Source: Blasia pusilla
Lineage: Eukaryota
Assembly (NCBI GenBank): GCA_050084515.1
Contig: CM114271.1
Span: 16,430,001-16,494,000 of the forward strand
DNA length: 64,000 bases
Reading direction: 5' to 3'
The position numbers and the translations under genes are program-made. This document shows, piece by piece, positions 51,450 through 62,632 of this stretch (position 1 is the first letter of the stretch; each line of letters opens with the position of its first letter). The notes under the pieces are model-generated. The model did not search any database. It saw only the letters and a program-made list of their open reading frames with translations, and was not told where the DNA came from.

Positions 51450-54400
51450 CTTGAAAACGTAATTTTGGCTTAACCGATTTCCACGCTATTATTAAGCCTA
51501 GTGAAACATTACCACAAATTAGTAGAAATGGGTGTGATGAAACATTTGAATTCTTGAAATAGTATGAGAATATCTTCATTGTTAAGAAGACCAAGGATCA
51601 ACTGAAGGGCAAGACATTCCACCAAGGTATATTTTGTTGTTTAGGTTTTCTCAAAGATTAATTTATTTTGTTTTCTTTGTGTCTTCATAGGATATGTTGA
51701 TAGAGGACCTATTTTATTAATTCGTTATGGTTGCCCAATGAATAAATTTGGATCTAGATATTGTACCTTTGTTGACTTGGATTTCACACTCTAGAATTGG
51801 AGTGCTTCTATTCTATGGAGTACATCTAGCTTACTTGAGAATCCACACAACCCATCACTTTTGTGTAGGGGTGTGTATTTGATGAAGGCTCATAAAAAAA
51901 AAGGTAATCAATAATATTCAATACATGCTTGGATGTGTCAAAGGGCAAGGGGATGAAGTCATATGGTGAGGAGAATAATGTCAAAAGTGGAAATATATCA
52001 CAAAATGACTCCTTAAAGAAAATACCAATTTTTTAAAAGTTATGCAAGGCTAGAAAGGTATGGCACTCCATAAATTGAATTCCAATATCTTGATTGATTC
52101 TACAGTTGTAGAAGATATCAAAATTTAAAAATAAAATTAAGGGGAAGCAAAAGGTTTGATAGGATATCACATCTTTTTGTGCAAATATTTATACCAATAC
52201 ATTGGTGATTTCCCATCATAAGTCACAAAAAATCAAGAATCTGAATGCAAATAAATTCCAAGGGAATGGAGAAGAAAGCAGTAGTTCAAGAGTGCAAAAG
52301 GGAATGTGTAATGGCTTATTCTATGTTGTTGAAGCACATGCATGGTTTCCCTCTTGGAAACAACAAAAAAGTAGTAGTGAAGGTGATGGCTTTAGGGGAC
52401 ATGGTTGGTGAGATGATAAGAAGAAGGAAATGGGAGTCAAATAGATACACCTACAAGGAATAGCAACGTACATGAACATCCTTTGGTAATAGATGCCTAA
52501 ATGGAAAGGCTAGTAGTGAATAAATCAAAACCTCAAAGAAGTCATCGGAGAGCTTGATATCAATGAGTAAAGGAGACGATGGATATCATCATCACTAGAG
52601 TGAACATTATCCATAATTTCCCTAGCCAAATTTATAATTGGTGTGGTCCAAAAGAATCAATCCATATAAGTGGTTAGCTACTATCCTTGCCAAAAACATA
52701 TATGTTGACAAGAAATTCACACATAAATTATCTAATCATAAACCATAAATTCAGTGTTGAGTTATTGAATCCAAGAAATTTATCTAGTCATACAATTTTT
52801 CTAATAGTGTTATTGATATTGTCCTTACGGCAAATCTACATGGATTTTGAGGCATGTGAAGTTCACAATCTAGTGTAAACTTCACCACTCATCTTCTAAG
52901 TCTTTAAAGCTACAAAAATATACTCATATTCCTTGGGCAAGGAGCCATCTTATAAAATATCCCCTTTTGGGTATGTATTCATATTTGGAAATTTAGGCTT
53001 CAAAGAAACAACCATTTTTTTTCCCTTAATGCCAATAGAAGTTGAACACAAAGAAGCAACTATGGCAACATATAAATATTTTTGGTAGAATAACCTACTT
53101 TTAGATACATGGTTATAATGGTCACTTAAAATTTTCATATACATGGATAATATCATTTTCATTCATTTGACAAACAATACAATGCTAAGTATTGGGTCAA
53201 TGCACATTGAGGTACATTATCAATTCATTAGGCTTCCAAATGTTCCCAAAGAGAAGATCCCAATAATTTAGAGACATCCATAGGATTTATTGAAAGTTAA
53301 GATTATGTATGAAGAAATATTCAAGATACATTATTGATGGTCCTAAATATTCCATAAAATCCACTTATATTCCAAACAAGTCGATGTAAGATATCTCAAA
53401 TCTAAATTATCTTGTGTGAGCAAATTATGCTTATTAAGGGGGAATTTGGAAAAAAAATAATCTGGATACTCTTGGCATAATTATAATCTTTGATAGGATT
53501 ATATTTGATAATTTAGTTAACTTTGTGGATTGGTAAATATGGCCCTTGGGATAACAAGTTAGGACTAGGTTGGTGACTTGTGTACATAATTTACACTCGG
53601 AGTTATATATGAGTGTGGGTTATCCATGTGATAGAAGATTTTTGAGCTTATTCTCTTTTTGTCGCATGTTTTGTTCTATTTCACAAGATGTGGCATAACC
53701 ATTTCAATACATGAAATATCCACATTCCTTTCAAATACCACTCAAATTTTTGAGATTGCATCTCCGACTATCCTTGTTACTATGACATCTTTTTCTTGCT
53801 TTGTAGAATTCTTATTTAAGCTACTTTGCTAGACAAGGTGTTTAATGTATTTTTTGTTCAGTAAATGAAGTTCAAACTCTTAGTCTACAAAATTCCTCCC
53901 AACTCAAAGAGAATAAGATACTTGAATGTTCCTCATAATGGGAAATCCCCCATTGGAGCACATGATCCTTCCTCATTATGATTACCATTGACCTTGTCCT
54001 CCTCATTTGCAAGTAGTGCTTCAAAGTAAAGGTTGACTTTGATGAGTAACTCTTCGATTTTACTTTAATGCCCTATTCTTGTTAATGGAAAGGGAAATTT
54101 TATCTTACAAAGTTTCTTACTAGAGATGGATGCTTGATCCATCTCTAACTCATAAATTCACCCACTTTTTTGGATCATTTGTTCCAACAAAATCTTCATA
54201 ATACCCATCATTTGAATATAGAGAACCGAGATATTTGATTGAAGGCTAAATTCACCTCTCAATAATTCTTATGCTTAGATCTTGTTGGTGTGATGCTTAC
54301 CACAATCTCCTTCTTTGGATTTTGGTCAAGTAAGGGTTTAACTCTTATTTTTTGGCATTTGATCCAACATGTGAATGAAGATCCATCCACCATTTCTATC

Positions 54401-54627
54401 TTCAAGCCCTTTTCCATTCAAATTCTTTCCTTGTCTTACGTCCCTCACCAAGTTTCAATCGCAACTTGTAGTTTGGAGTCCATACTCACCAGGGATTAAC
54501 TCTGTTACCAAATGTCATGCATGATGCACCTAGTCCCTTGAATTTCGATCTTGTGTGTTGTGAAAGCCTATTTTCAACATGTTCAACTCTCCTTGTTATT
54601 TGCACCCAAACGCACTCACACTAGTAA
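51450..54627 (-). mobile_element. Highly degraded LTR retrotransposon remnant (probably Ty3/Gypsy)
   Basis: Minus-strand LTR end GCATGACA followed by PBS-like TGGTAACAGAG (54500-54510). Faint RT-start-like (IVLFVK, about 53170) and RNase H-like (ECLAL, about 51610) traces in the expected order. Confidence 0.45.
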
Positions 54628-56664
54628 TGTCACGTCTTTTAGGATAGATCGGTGGGATCTAATAGAGCGCCTTCATGAGTAGTGGAGGACACGCCCAGTA
54701 GGTCGAGGGTGACCTGCTGAGGCCCTTGGAAACCTGAGATAACAGGTTTCCCCTTCGTTTCGGCTCATTTGGAGCCATATTGAGGAACTTACTATTTTAG
54801 GTAAGTACCATTTTGAGTATATGATCGACTTACTATTTTTGGTAAGTGGCTTTTGACCTCCTACATCAGGTCAAGAGCCAAGGAGGTGACTTGGGAGAAT
54901 AGGTTACCATGGAGAGAGCTTGGGACAGGAGAGGGGTATACCTCAAGGAGAGAGAGCTTGAGAGATCATTCTCTCTTTGTTGAACCTCTTGGCATGAGGC
55001 GGCGGAGCTATGGTACCTTGCCTTGTGAGTGTAACCCAAGCCTCTCATTAGGAGAGTGGGTTTGGTTTGACATGAGAGAGAGTGCACACCTTTGAGAGCT
55101 ATGGTGTGAGATGGTGGAGAGAGAGATTGGATCTTACTTTACAAAGAGAGAATGAGAGAATGAGAGAGTGAGAGAGTGAGAGAGCTTCATGAGGGAGCTC
55201 GCTAGTCACTTGTTGTTTTTGCAGGTTGGGGACCGTGTTCCCCATTCAGCGGCTCATGGGAGTGCTCACCGGAGCAAGGGCTGCTTTCATTACTCTTTGC
55301 ATTTACCGATTTTTCGTGTGGAAGAGTGGCGCGCGGAAGCGCTGCCCAATTTCTGATAGGGATTGAGTATGGGGGCAGGTTGCCCCATGCTGGTGCTCTC
55401 GGGAGCACCATGTAGCTTGTTGATATGTATTTTTACAGATGTTACATTTTCGTTGGGAGAAATCAGCGCGGGAGCGCTGCCAAATTTTGTGTAGGAGAAA
55501 GAGACATTGGGCTTTACGACAGTCCCCGTCAGTTTTTACTGAAATGTCTGATTCTAAATATTTTTGATAGTAGCGTAGATCGTGAAGCTGTGCACGCTGT
55601 GCAACAAACAATGCACAATTTTGAGTTGCGAGCAAAAAGTTATGGGCAATCTTGTAAAGCTGCCATTGCTAGGCGATTTTTAGGGTTAAATCGTGCAAAC
55701 CCTAAATCAGCCGCCACACCGGCGGCGGCCGTCGCCATCATAGTCACCGTCAACGGTCAACCATCACCGTCACCGGTCAACCGTCACCTTTGACGGTCAA
55801 CCGTCACCGTCATCGGTCAGCCGTCACCATCAGCGGTCAACCGTCACTGTCAAGGGTCCACCGTCCATTGTCCACCCTTTGGGTGCCATTGCCGCCATTA
55901 CGGAGTGGAGGGTCTTCCATGACGTTCGTTGATTCCTTGACTTGCGTCGCCACCACGTACTTTGTTTTGGCCGCCAACGTCATCGCATTTCTTCATCAAC
56001 CGTGAAGGAGATGACCTCCGGTTATGGTGTTTGAGTTTTGATTTCATCTTTCGCTATGTTGTGATTGGTAGCCGCCGACGACGATCGAAAGTATCGCGTG
56101 CCGTGACGCCGTGAGCCGCAACACGCCGCCGATTGCCGCGCCGTGCGCTGCGGGCCGCACCGCACACCATCTCGATTGCGGAGCCGCACCGTCATTGTGG
56201 AGCGAGTGTGGGATTATTATTGATTGAGGAGGGTATGGCTGGAGTGCCACATCCCACCATCGAGGGCCATGCCGTTCGAGCCGTTGCGCCGCCGCAACGC
56301 CGCACGTTCGCTGGGACCGCATTGTCTATCGAGGAGTTTTGAGCAAAGACATCGACGGGAGGAGTATGACTTGCTGATTGGAGGAGTTGTCTCCACGATC
56401 GAGTTGGGGTCGAGATTTGCGATTCTTTGAGGAGCGACATCGACATGTGTTCAGTTACCCATTCTCGGTCCTTTACCCGCACGTGTGAAGGATTTCGGGA
56501 TTTATTTGGGGATATTGGGTGTGTGGATGCCGAGAGCATCATTTATGTATGTGGTTTAGGGGACATAGACCGTGTGGGATGTCCGGAGTTGAGGGTAGGT
56601 TGTCGATGAGATGATAGCCTGGTCGATTTGCCGCACCACGCTGGGCGTGTTGCCGCACGTTACA
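54628..56664 (+). repeat. Putative ~2 kb 5' LTR of the DNMT/PHD element
   Basis: TGTCACG...CGTTACA imperfect terminal inverted repeat; GC shift at 54628. No tRNA-Met PBS follows and the second LTR is not in the window. Confidence 0.4.
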
Positions 56665-56949
56665 CGTCTTGGGGGAGAGAGTGTAGATCAAGTGCCGCAT
56701 GTTTGGGATGAGTGATTGAGGGATTCCTCACGAGGTTCAGAGTGATCGGGTGAGAGGGGCACGAGGGTCATCACGGAGTCCTGCATTCGGGACTTTGAGA
56801 GGCGAGGTGGTGAACCCGAGAGTAGCTCTAGAGGTTTTACGCGGAGTGGCGCGAGGTTTCGAGGGTCTCCACGTGAGGGACCACCTCGACCTCCTTCTGT
56901 GTCATCGTCAGACGAGGGGGAGGGTGTAGAGGAGTTTGTGAGCACATCA

Positions 56950-57976
56950 CCACACATTGTGAGTGGTCCTACCAGTTGGGCGTACGAGATGGATGACCGG
57001 GGTAGAGGACCGCGTAGGTTTTCAGGTGTAGTAGGCACGATTGAGTTGCACGATTTTATAGCAGAGTTTAGGAGTTGGTGCGACTCCCAGCGGGCCAGGA
57101 ACTCTAGAGAGTTTAACCCGTTTATAGCATGGAACGGTATGTTCCAACATTTAGAGGGGGCGCCCATGGACGATTACCATGAGTTCTCTCAGAGATATGC
57201 ATGTGAGATCGAGGCGTGGAGGCTCTACTATGACCCACATTATGTGTCATGGACGGAGCCGTTCCCGATGATGAGGAGGAGGAGTCGAGAGGCTCCGCCT
57301 CTTCCACTAGTGACGTTTTAGGAGGGGTCACTCGCACGGGAGCAATTGCACCGTCTAGTCGGGTTCGTCCCACGTTCAACCTTGTGGTTGAGTTCTTTGC
57401 TGAGTTGAGGGCGAGCTACCAGGGGGTATGGACGGAGAAGTTGCGGAGCATCCACGACTTCTAGAGGCGCTCGGGTGAGAGTTTGCGTGAGGCTTACACT
57501 CGCTGCGCGCCGGTTGATCAACGTCACTCGGGGGTGATAGAGGCTCAGCTATCCAGTCATGGTATGCGATGCTGGACCGGACCCTGCGGACACGGGTGCG
57601 GGAGGGGGTGCTTCTTATGAACACCTCCCCTACGTTGAGAGATGTTTTTAGGACCGCCGAGAACATTGAGCGCAACATGGCGGAGGAGAGCGTAGCCACC
57701 ATGGGTTCTGGGAGAGCGAAGCACGATTGTCTGCACCACCCTGTGCAACAACGTGGACTCCGAGATAGGTCGACTGTGGCACCACGAGCTCGGGGAGGAT
57801 ACCGAGAGGCCGTGCCACGAGACCCACGCCTTCATATGAGGCTGGAGCAGCCGCCTACTATTACTTGTTGGTCATGTGGTGGAGCCCATCATCGCCGCGA
57901 TTGCACTCGGGGGTCATGGACGTGTGCCTCAAAGATGGAGGAGGAGATGGTGCGCACCAGGAGGTTATTAGCATGA
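56950..57976 (+). pseudogene. gag: gag of the DNMT/PHD element
   Basis: PRRFSG...ELHDFIAEF..WCD, ESLREAY-like major homology region near 57480, CCHC knuckle from 57866. Frameshifted. Confidence 0.75.
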
Positions 57977-58879
57977 CTATTGTCGAGGTATGGTCATACA
58001 CGCCAAGTGTTTTAGTTTACATCCTGAGTTACGTCTTGGACCGAGGGCCGAGAGGGCACCAGAGCGAGTAGCCGGTCCGGGTGGGCCTAGAGATCGTGCT
58101 CAGGTGGTCCCGTTGGGGACGAGGAGTGGAGTTGCCCCGACAGGGTGGTGGAGTTGCCGTGGAAGAGGTAGAGTACCACCACCTAGACGCGCCAAGGAGA
58201 TGCCGGACGTGAGGTCGGGATGGTCGCCGATACATGGCGCGACTACTGAGGAGCAGATTGCCGCTATGGCATTGAGGTTACCCGATGCCGGATCCATGGC
58301 ATCGACATCATATGGAGCAGCCAGAGATCCGAGGATCCTGGATGGATGTGCGGGGTTGCCCAGATGGAGGCCGCCGCAGATTTGTGATGCGTGGAGCAGC
58401 CGCAGAGTTGGATCACAACGAGGGGAAGCCGATGGACAGACTAGGCTTCCTCAATCTTTCACGTTGTCCGAAGCGATGAGGACCCCATCGATGGGTCCTC
58501 ATCAAAGTTCCTGGAGAGTTGGTAATGTTGTTGGTGTGCAAGCACGGAGGGCGATGGGAGAAGCGAGTGCGACGACTCCTATTGTTGATGCTCAGGAGGG
58601 GCATGTGTCGAGCACGTTGTTGGGGGCGGCCACCGTTGTGTACCGCACTCCTTTATTTTTTGCTTCCGATGTTGTGACGTTGGGAGGTACGCCCGCCGAG
58701 GCTTTTCGGCTGGCCGCTTCACTATGTGAGCGCGGAGTTGGAGTTCCTGCATCACGTTCAGAGGTGATTGCAGAGGAGGTGATGGACCGCCCTTGAGCGG
58801 ATGCTCGGGCCGCCCACGTCGATTCATGGCAGTGCGGTCGCTAGTATGGCGGGATGCCCGCTAGACCCGCGATAGAGCG

Positions 58880-59160
58880 TGCCATGGCTTCTCCTGGTGT
58901 TGTGTTCTTCGGATAACCGAGGAGAGGTCTTCCAGTTGGTGAGTCCTGGAGGTAGAGCTTTTAGTCCGCAACACGCGTCTTGTTGGTTTGGAGCGCAACC
59001 CTTGATGTTGGGGAAAGCGTCATTCAGAGGATTGGGCTTGACGAGAGCCGATGTGGAGTGTTGTCCATTTTGGATACAGACATCCTTGGGTAGAGCGAGT
59101 ACCACACAGTATATCACCCGACAGGAGGTCATGGTGAGGATTCGCCGGGACATCCTATAG
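58880..59160 (+). pseudogene. Aspartic protease region of the DNMT/PHD element
   Basis: RVLL-(DS)-GAQPLMLG..GLGL with a damaged catalytic motif at about 58975-59010. Confidence 0.6.
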
Positions 59161-59688
59161 ATGAGTCCGTGGTGCGCGCCAAGGCGATAGTGATCGATCT
59201 TGAGTCCACGACGTCTTGGTTGGTGGAGCGTGTTATACCCGATGGGGTTTTCGGGATTATTGGGAGGAGTCATCGTCCCCTGCACCAGGATGGCGATCGG
59301 TGATGGGCGCCTTAGCTCATTACCCGTTCGATTCACAGTAAATGATCGAGCAACGGCCGAGAGATGGCGACCTTAGCAAAGATTTAGCGGTGCCATCACT
59401 TGGCCTAGTGATTTGATTGAGGGACATGTCCATGCAGAGGATACTCCGTTCGACATTTCTATGGAGAGGAGTGTTATGGTAGCCGCATCATTCCGTGGAG
59501 GAGAGGTGCCGTTGTGGGGCTCGATTGAGGAGCTTCAACGATTGGCGGATCGACGCGAGATCGGCTGCGTGGAGCGAGGCGTTTGCACCGAGCGTGACGG
59601 GTCCGAGAACCCGAGGTAGCGGGGAGTGCTACGATGACACCCTTGGATACAACACCCATTGTGTGGTGTACCGGGAGGAGGGTTTTCG

Positions 59689-60620
59689 AAAGTGTTAGAT
59701 CTCTTTGGAGGGATTAGCACCGGGTTAGTCATTGTTTTGCGAGCATGAGTGCGAAAGTCAAAGAAGATTTGTATGTGGAGAGTGATGATGTTGCAGGCGC
59801 GTCTCACTACGACATGTGGCGCAATTACGCCACGTTTTCCCGACTTATTGTCTGCGTCCGTAGTACTGGGTACCGAGTTTCCCTACCGAGGATATTTTGT
59901 TGTTGGGGCGCAGGACTTAGAGCGGTAGGACCATTGATTTGGTCATTGCCGGTTGGCCATGTCGCCAATCGAGTCTTTGGACGAGGCGGCGGGTTGGCCG
60001 ACACTCGGTCCAGGTTGTTTTGGGAGATGTTGAGGGTCTTGGCGATTCAGGAGCACCGGCCTCGTTCTCCGGCCTACATTCGGAGAATGTGCGATCTTAG
60101 AGACTCAGGTCACGGGTCGTGACAAGTGCTCATCAAAGTGCGTGCCTGGATCGCCCAAAGCAGGTGTTCTTGGATGCGGCGAGTGTAGGTTCTAGAGCCC
60201 ATCGCCCGCGTCTATGGTGGACCAACTTGGTGCCCCATGCGGTGTTATGGAGGCCGTATGCGAGAGTGGAGCGCCCCTCCCCTTTGTTAGTGGATTCCAT
60301 TCTGGATCCAGGTCATCGATCACAGGCAGTGAGGCACGATGATCGACCACCGCTGATTGTGGTCAACAAGGTAGGCAGGCCACGGGCAACCTTGCCCACG
60401 TTTGTGAGTTTTCCCGCTTCCTATGCATACAAGGAGGCCGGTCCTAGCTTGGTTTGGGATGACCAGGTTCAGCGGTTGGTGGAGCCCAACGCCGAAGAGA
60501 GAGAGAGCGAGCGATGGGATTTCCCACATGAGTGACGGCAGTACCATCAGTGTCAGAGGCATCACGACGCCATGTCTTCGGTTAGGCGATGGACTTGAAC
60601 TGCTTGACATGGATCCTCAG
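59689..60620 (+). pseudogene. DNMT3-like C5 cytosine DNA methyltransferase domain embedded in pol
   Basis: Motif I KVLDLFGGISTG (59689); II LYVESD; III EDI; IV IDLVIAGWPC (Cys codon 59960-59962); GLADTRSRLFWEMLRVL; VI ENV (60083-60091); VIII LDAASVGSRAHRPRLWWTNL; IX EERERAMGFP; X RRHVFG*AMD. Canonical order and spacing, broken by frameshifts and 2 stops. Confidence 0.9.
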
Positions 60621-60965
60621 CTTGGGAGTGGTTGAGCAGCGTCGTATGAGATCGCGACAGATCACAACGGTTGCTTTGGTGAGCCCCATGCCTACCGAGA
60701 CGGTGGAGGCAGTGGCTGGGGGCGAGACCGAGGAGATCTACGCACCATGGGAGATCGGGAGAGACACCCTTGGACTTCTTGGGATGTTTTGAAGGTAAGC
60801 AAGGAGATGATAGCCACAGCATCGAGCGTGGTTTCGGGCACTGCACGTGGAGGAGATCAGAGTTTGCAGTTGGCTGCAGGAGTGCGGCCGAGTGTTGTTG
60901 TTCAAGACGGGGTTGCACCATAGCAACCACCGATACCTGCGCCGGAGAGTCCTACCGTAGTCACG

Positions 60966-62360
60966 ATGGAGACTTGGGATCTAGATATGGGCCCTAAGTT
61001 GACAGGAGGAGAGCGGCGCCGAATACATAAGTTCCTCAGGAGTTATAGGAGCTGCTTTGCGTTTAGCATGGAGGATTTGGGTACGCTGAAGGGACCGGGG
61101 ATCCGCATTGAGTTGTCGAGTGATATGCCGATCTTCCGACGACCCTACAGGTACAGTGATATGGAGAGGGCTCTGATTCAGAGTAGGAGCCAAGACTTGG
61201 TCGGAGCAGGACTAGTGGAGATGTCGCATGGGGAGTATGCATCTGCCAATGTCATGCCCGCCAAGAAGGATGTGCATGGCAACTGGACGGATAGGCGGAT
61301 GTGTGGGGATTACCAACCTATCAATCGGCAGACGAAGTCCGATAGGTATGCCATGCCCACCCTTGAGGAGATCTTTGATGCGATTGGTCACGCAAAGGTC
61401 TTGATTCATTGATTTTGAGCCGATACCATGTTGCCTCTCGATTGGAGGACAGCGTAAGACGGCATTTTGGGGCATCGATCCTCACGGGAAGGATTGTTTG
61501 TACCAGTGGCGGTTCTTACCATTTGGGTTAAAGAACGCCCCGGCTGAGTTTCAGAGGGTCATGGATAGGATCTTGGCTGGTCTGGATTTTGCTAGGTGTT
61601 ATATTGATGACATCGTAGTCTTTAGCGCCACGGTTGAGGAGCACGAGCAACATCTAGAGGAGGTGTTTCGACGATTGCAATCACATGGGCTGAAGCTACA
61701 TCCAGGCAAGTGCAAGTTCTTCTACGACCAGATTGAGTACTTGGGTCATACGATATACCCAGGGGGCCTTGGTGTTCAGCAGACGAAGGTAGAGGCTATC
61801 TCACGCATTCCACGCCCTACAGATGTGAGCCGTGTTCGCGCATTCATGGGATTGGCGAAATTCTATCGGCGATACGTCAAGGGATTGATTCGATTATGGC
61901 GCTGACCTTGCTCACCAAGGTGGATCACGAGTGGCACCTTTGGGGGGATGAGCGGAGCGAGCATTTCAATTGCTCAGGGCAGGTTGGCGTCCGCACCCAT
62001 CTTGAGGAGACCGATCGGGGCGTCCTTTCGATTGCACGATTGGAGCATGTTGGGGCTTGGAGTGGTGCTCACCAAAGCATGATGATGAGGGTAGAGAGTT
62101 TGTGGTGGCTTACGCTAGCCGCTCGAACAACGCCGCAGAGGCGAAATCGGCTTGTATGAGGGTGAGTTTGGTCGGTGTGGGTTGTCGCGCATTTTAGGTG
62201 TTACTTATTCGGCAACCCCTTTACCATCATCATCGATCATCAACCACCGAAGTGGTTGATGGAGTCCGACAAGCTTACAGGGAAGCTTGCGAGATGGGCT
62301 CTGTTGTTGCAGGAGTATGATTTTTGGTACATAGACCTGGAACGCTCAACCAGGATGTAG
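60966..62360 (+). pseudogene. pol: RT and RNase H of the DNMT/PHD element
   Basis: RRMCGDYQPIN, YAMPTLEEIFD, PFGLKNAPAEFQRVMD, YIDDIVVFS, YLGH, VVAYASR, DHQPPKWL, GKLARWALLLQEYDF. Confidence 0.95.
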
Positions 62361-62632
62361 ATGGGTTGAGTTGTAACCCATGCCCGAGTCAGCGAGATGC
62401 GATTGGATCTCGATGGCATGGAGAGAGTGATGAGGAGTCGGTGCCAGGATGGCACGCGTCAGCCTATTTAGGCATGTTGGCTATGGAGAGCCAGAGTGTG
62501 GAGACTTTGATGGCGAGGTCTAGTGGAGAGTCTTTGGATCCCGAGGCGGTGAGGACACGACAAGTGGCGAGATATTCATGATGATGGAGTAGTCTTAGAG
62601 TACCTTCAGACATCGGCAGCCTTGCAAGCACC

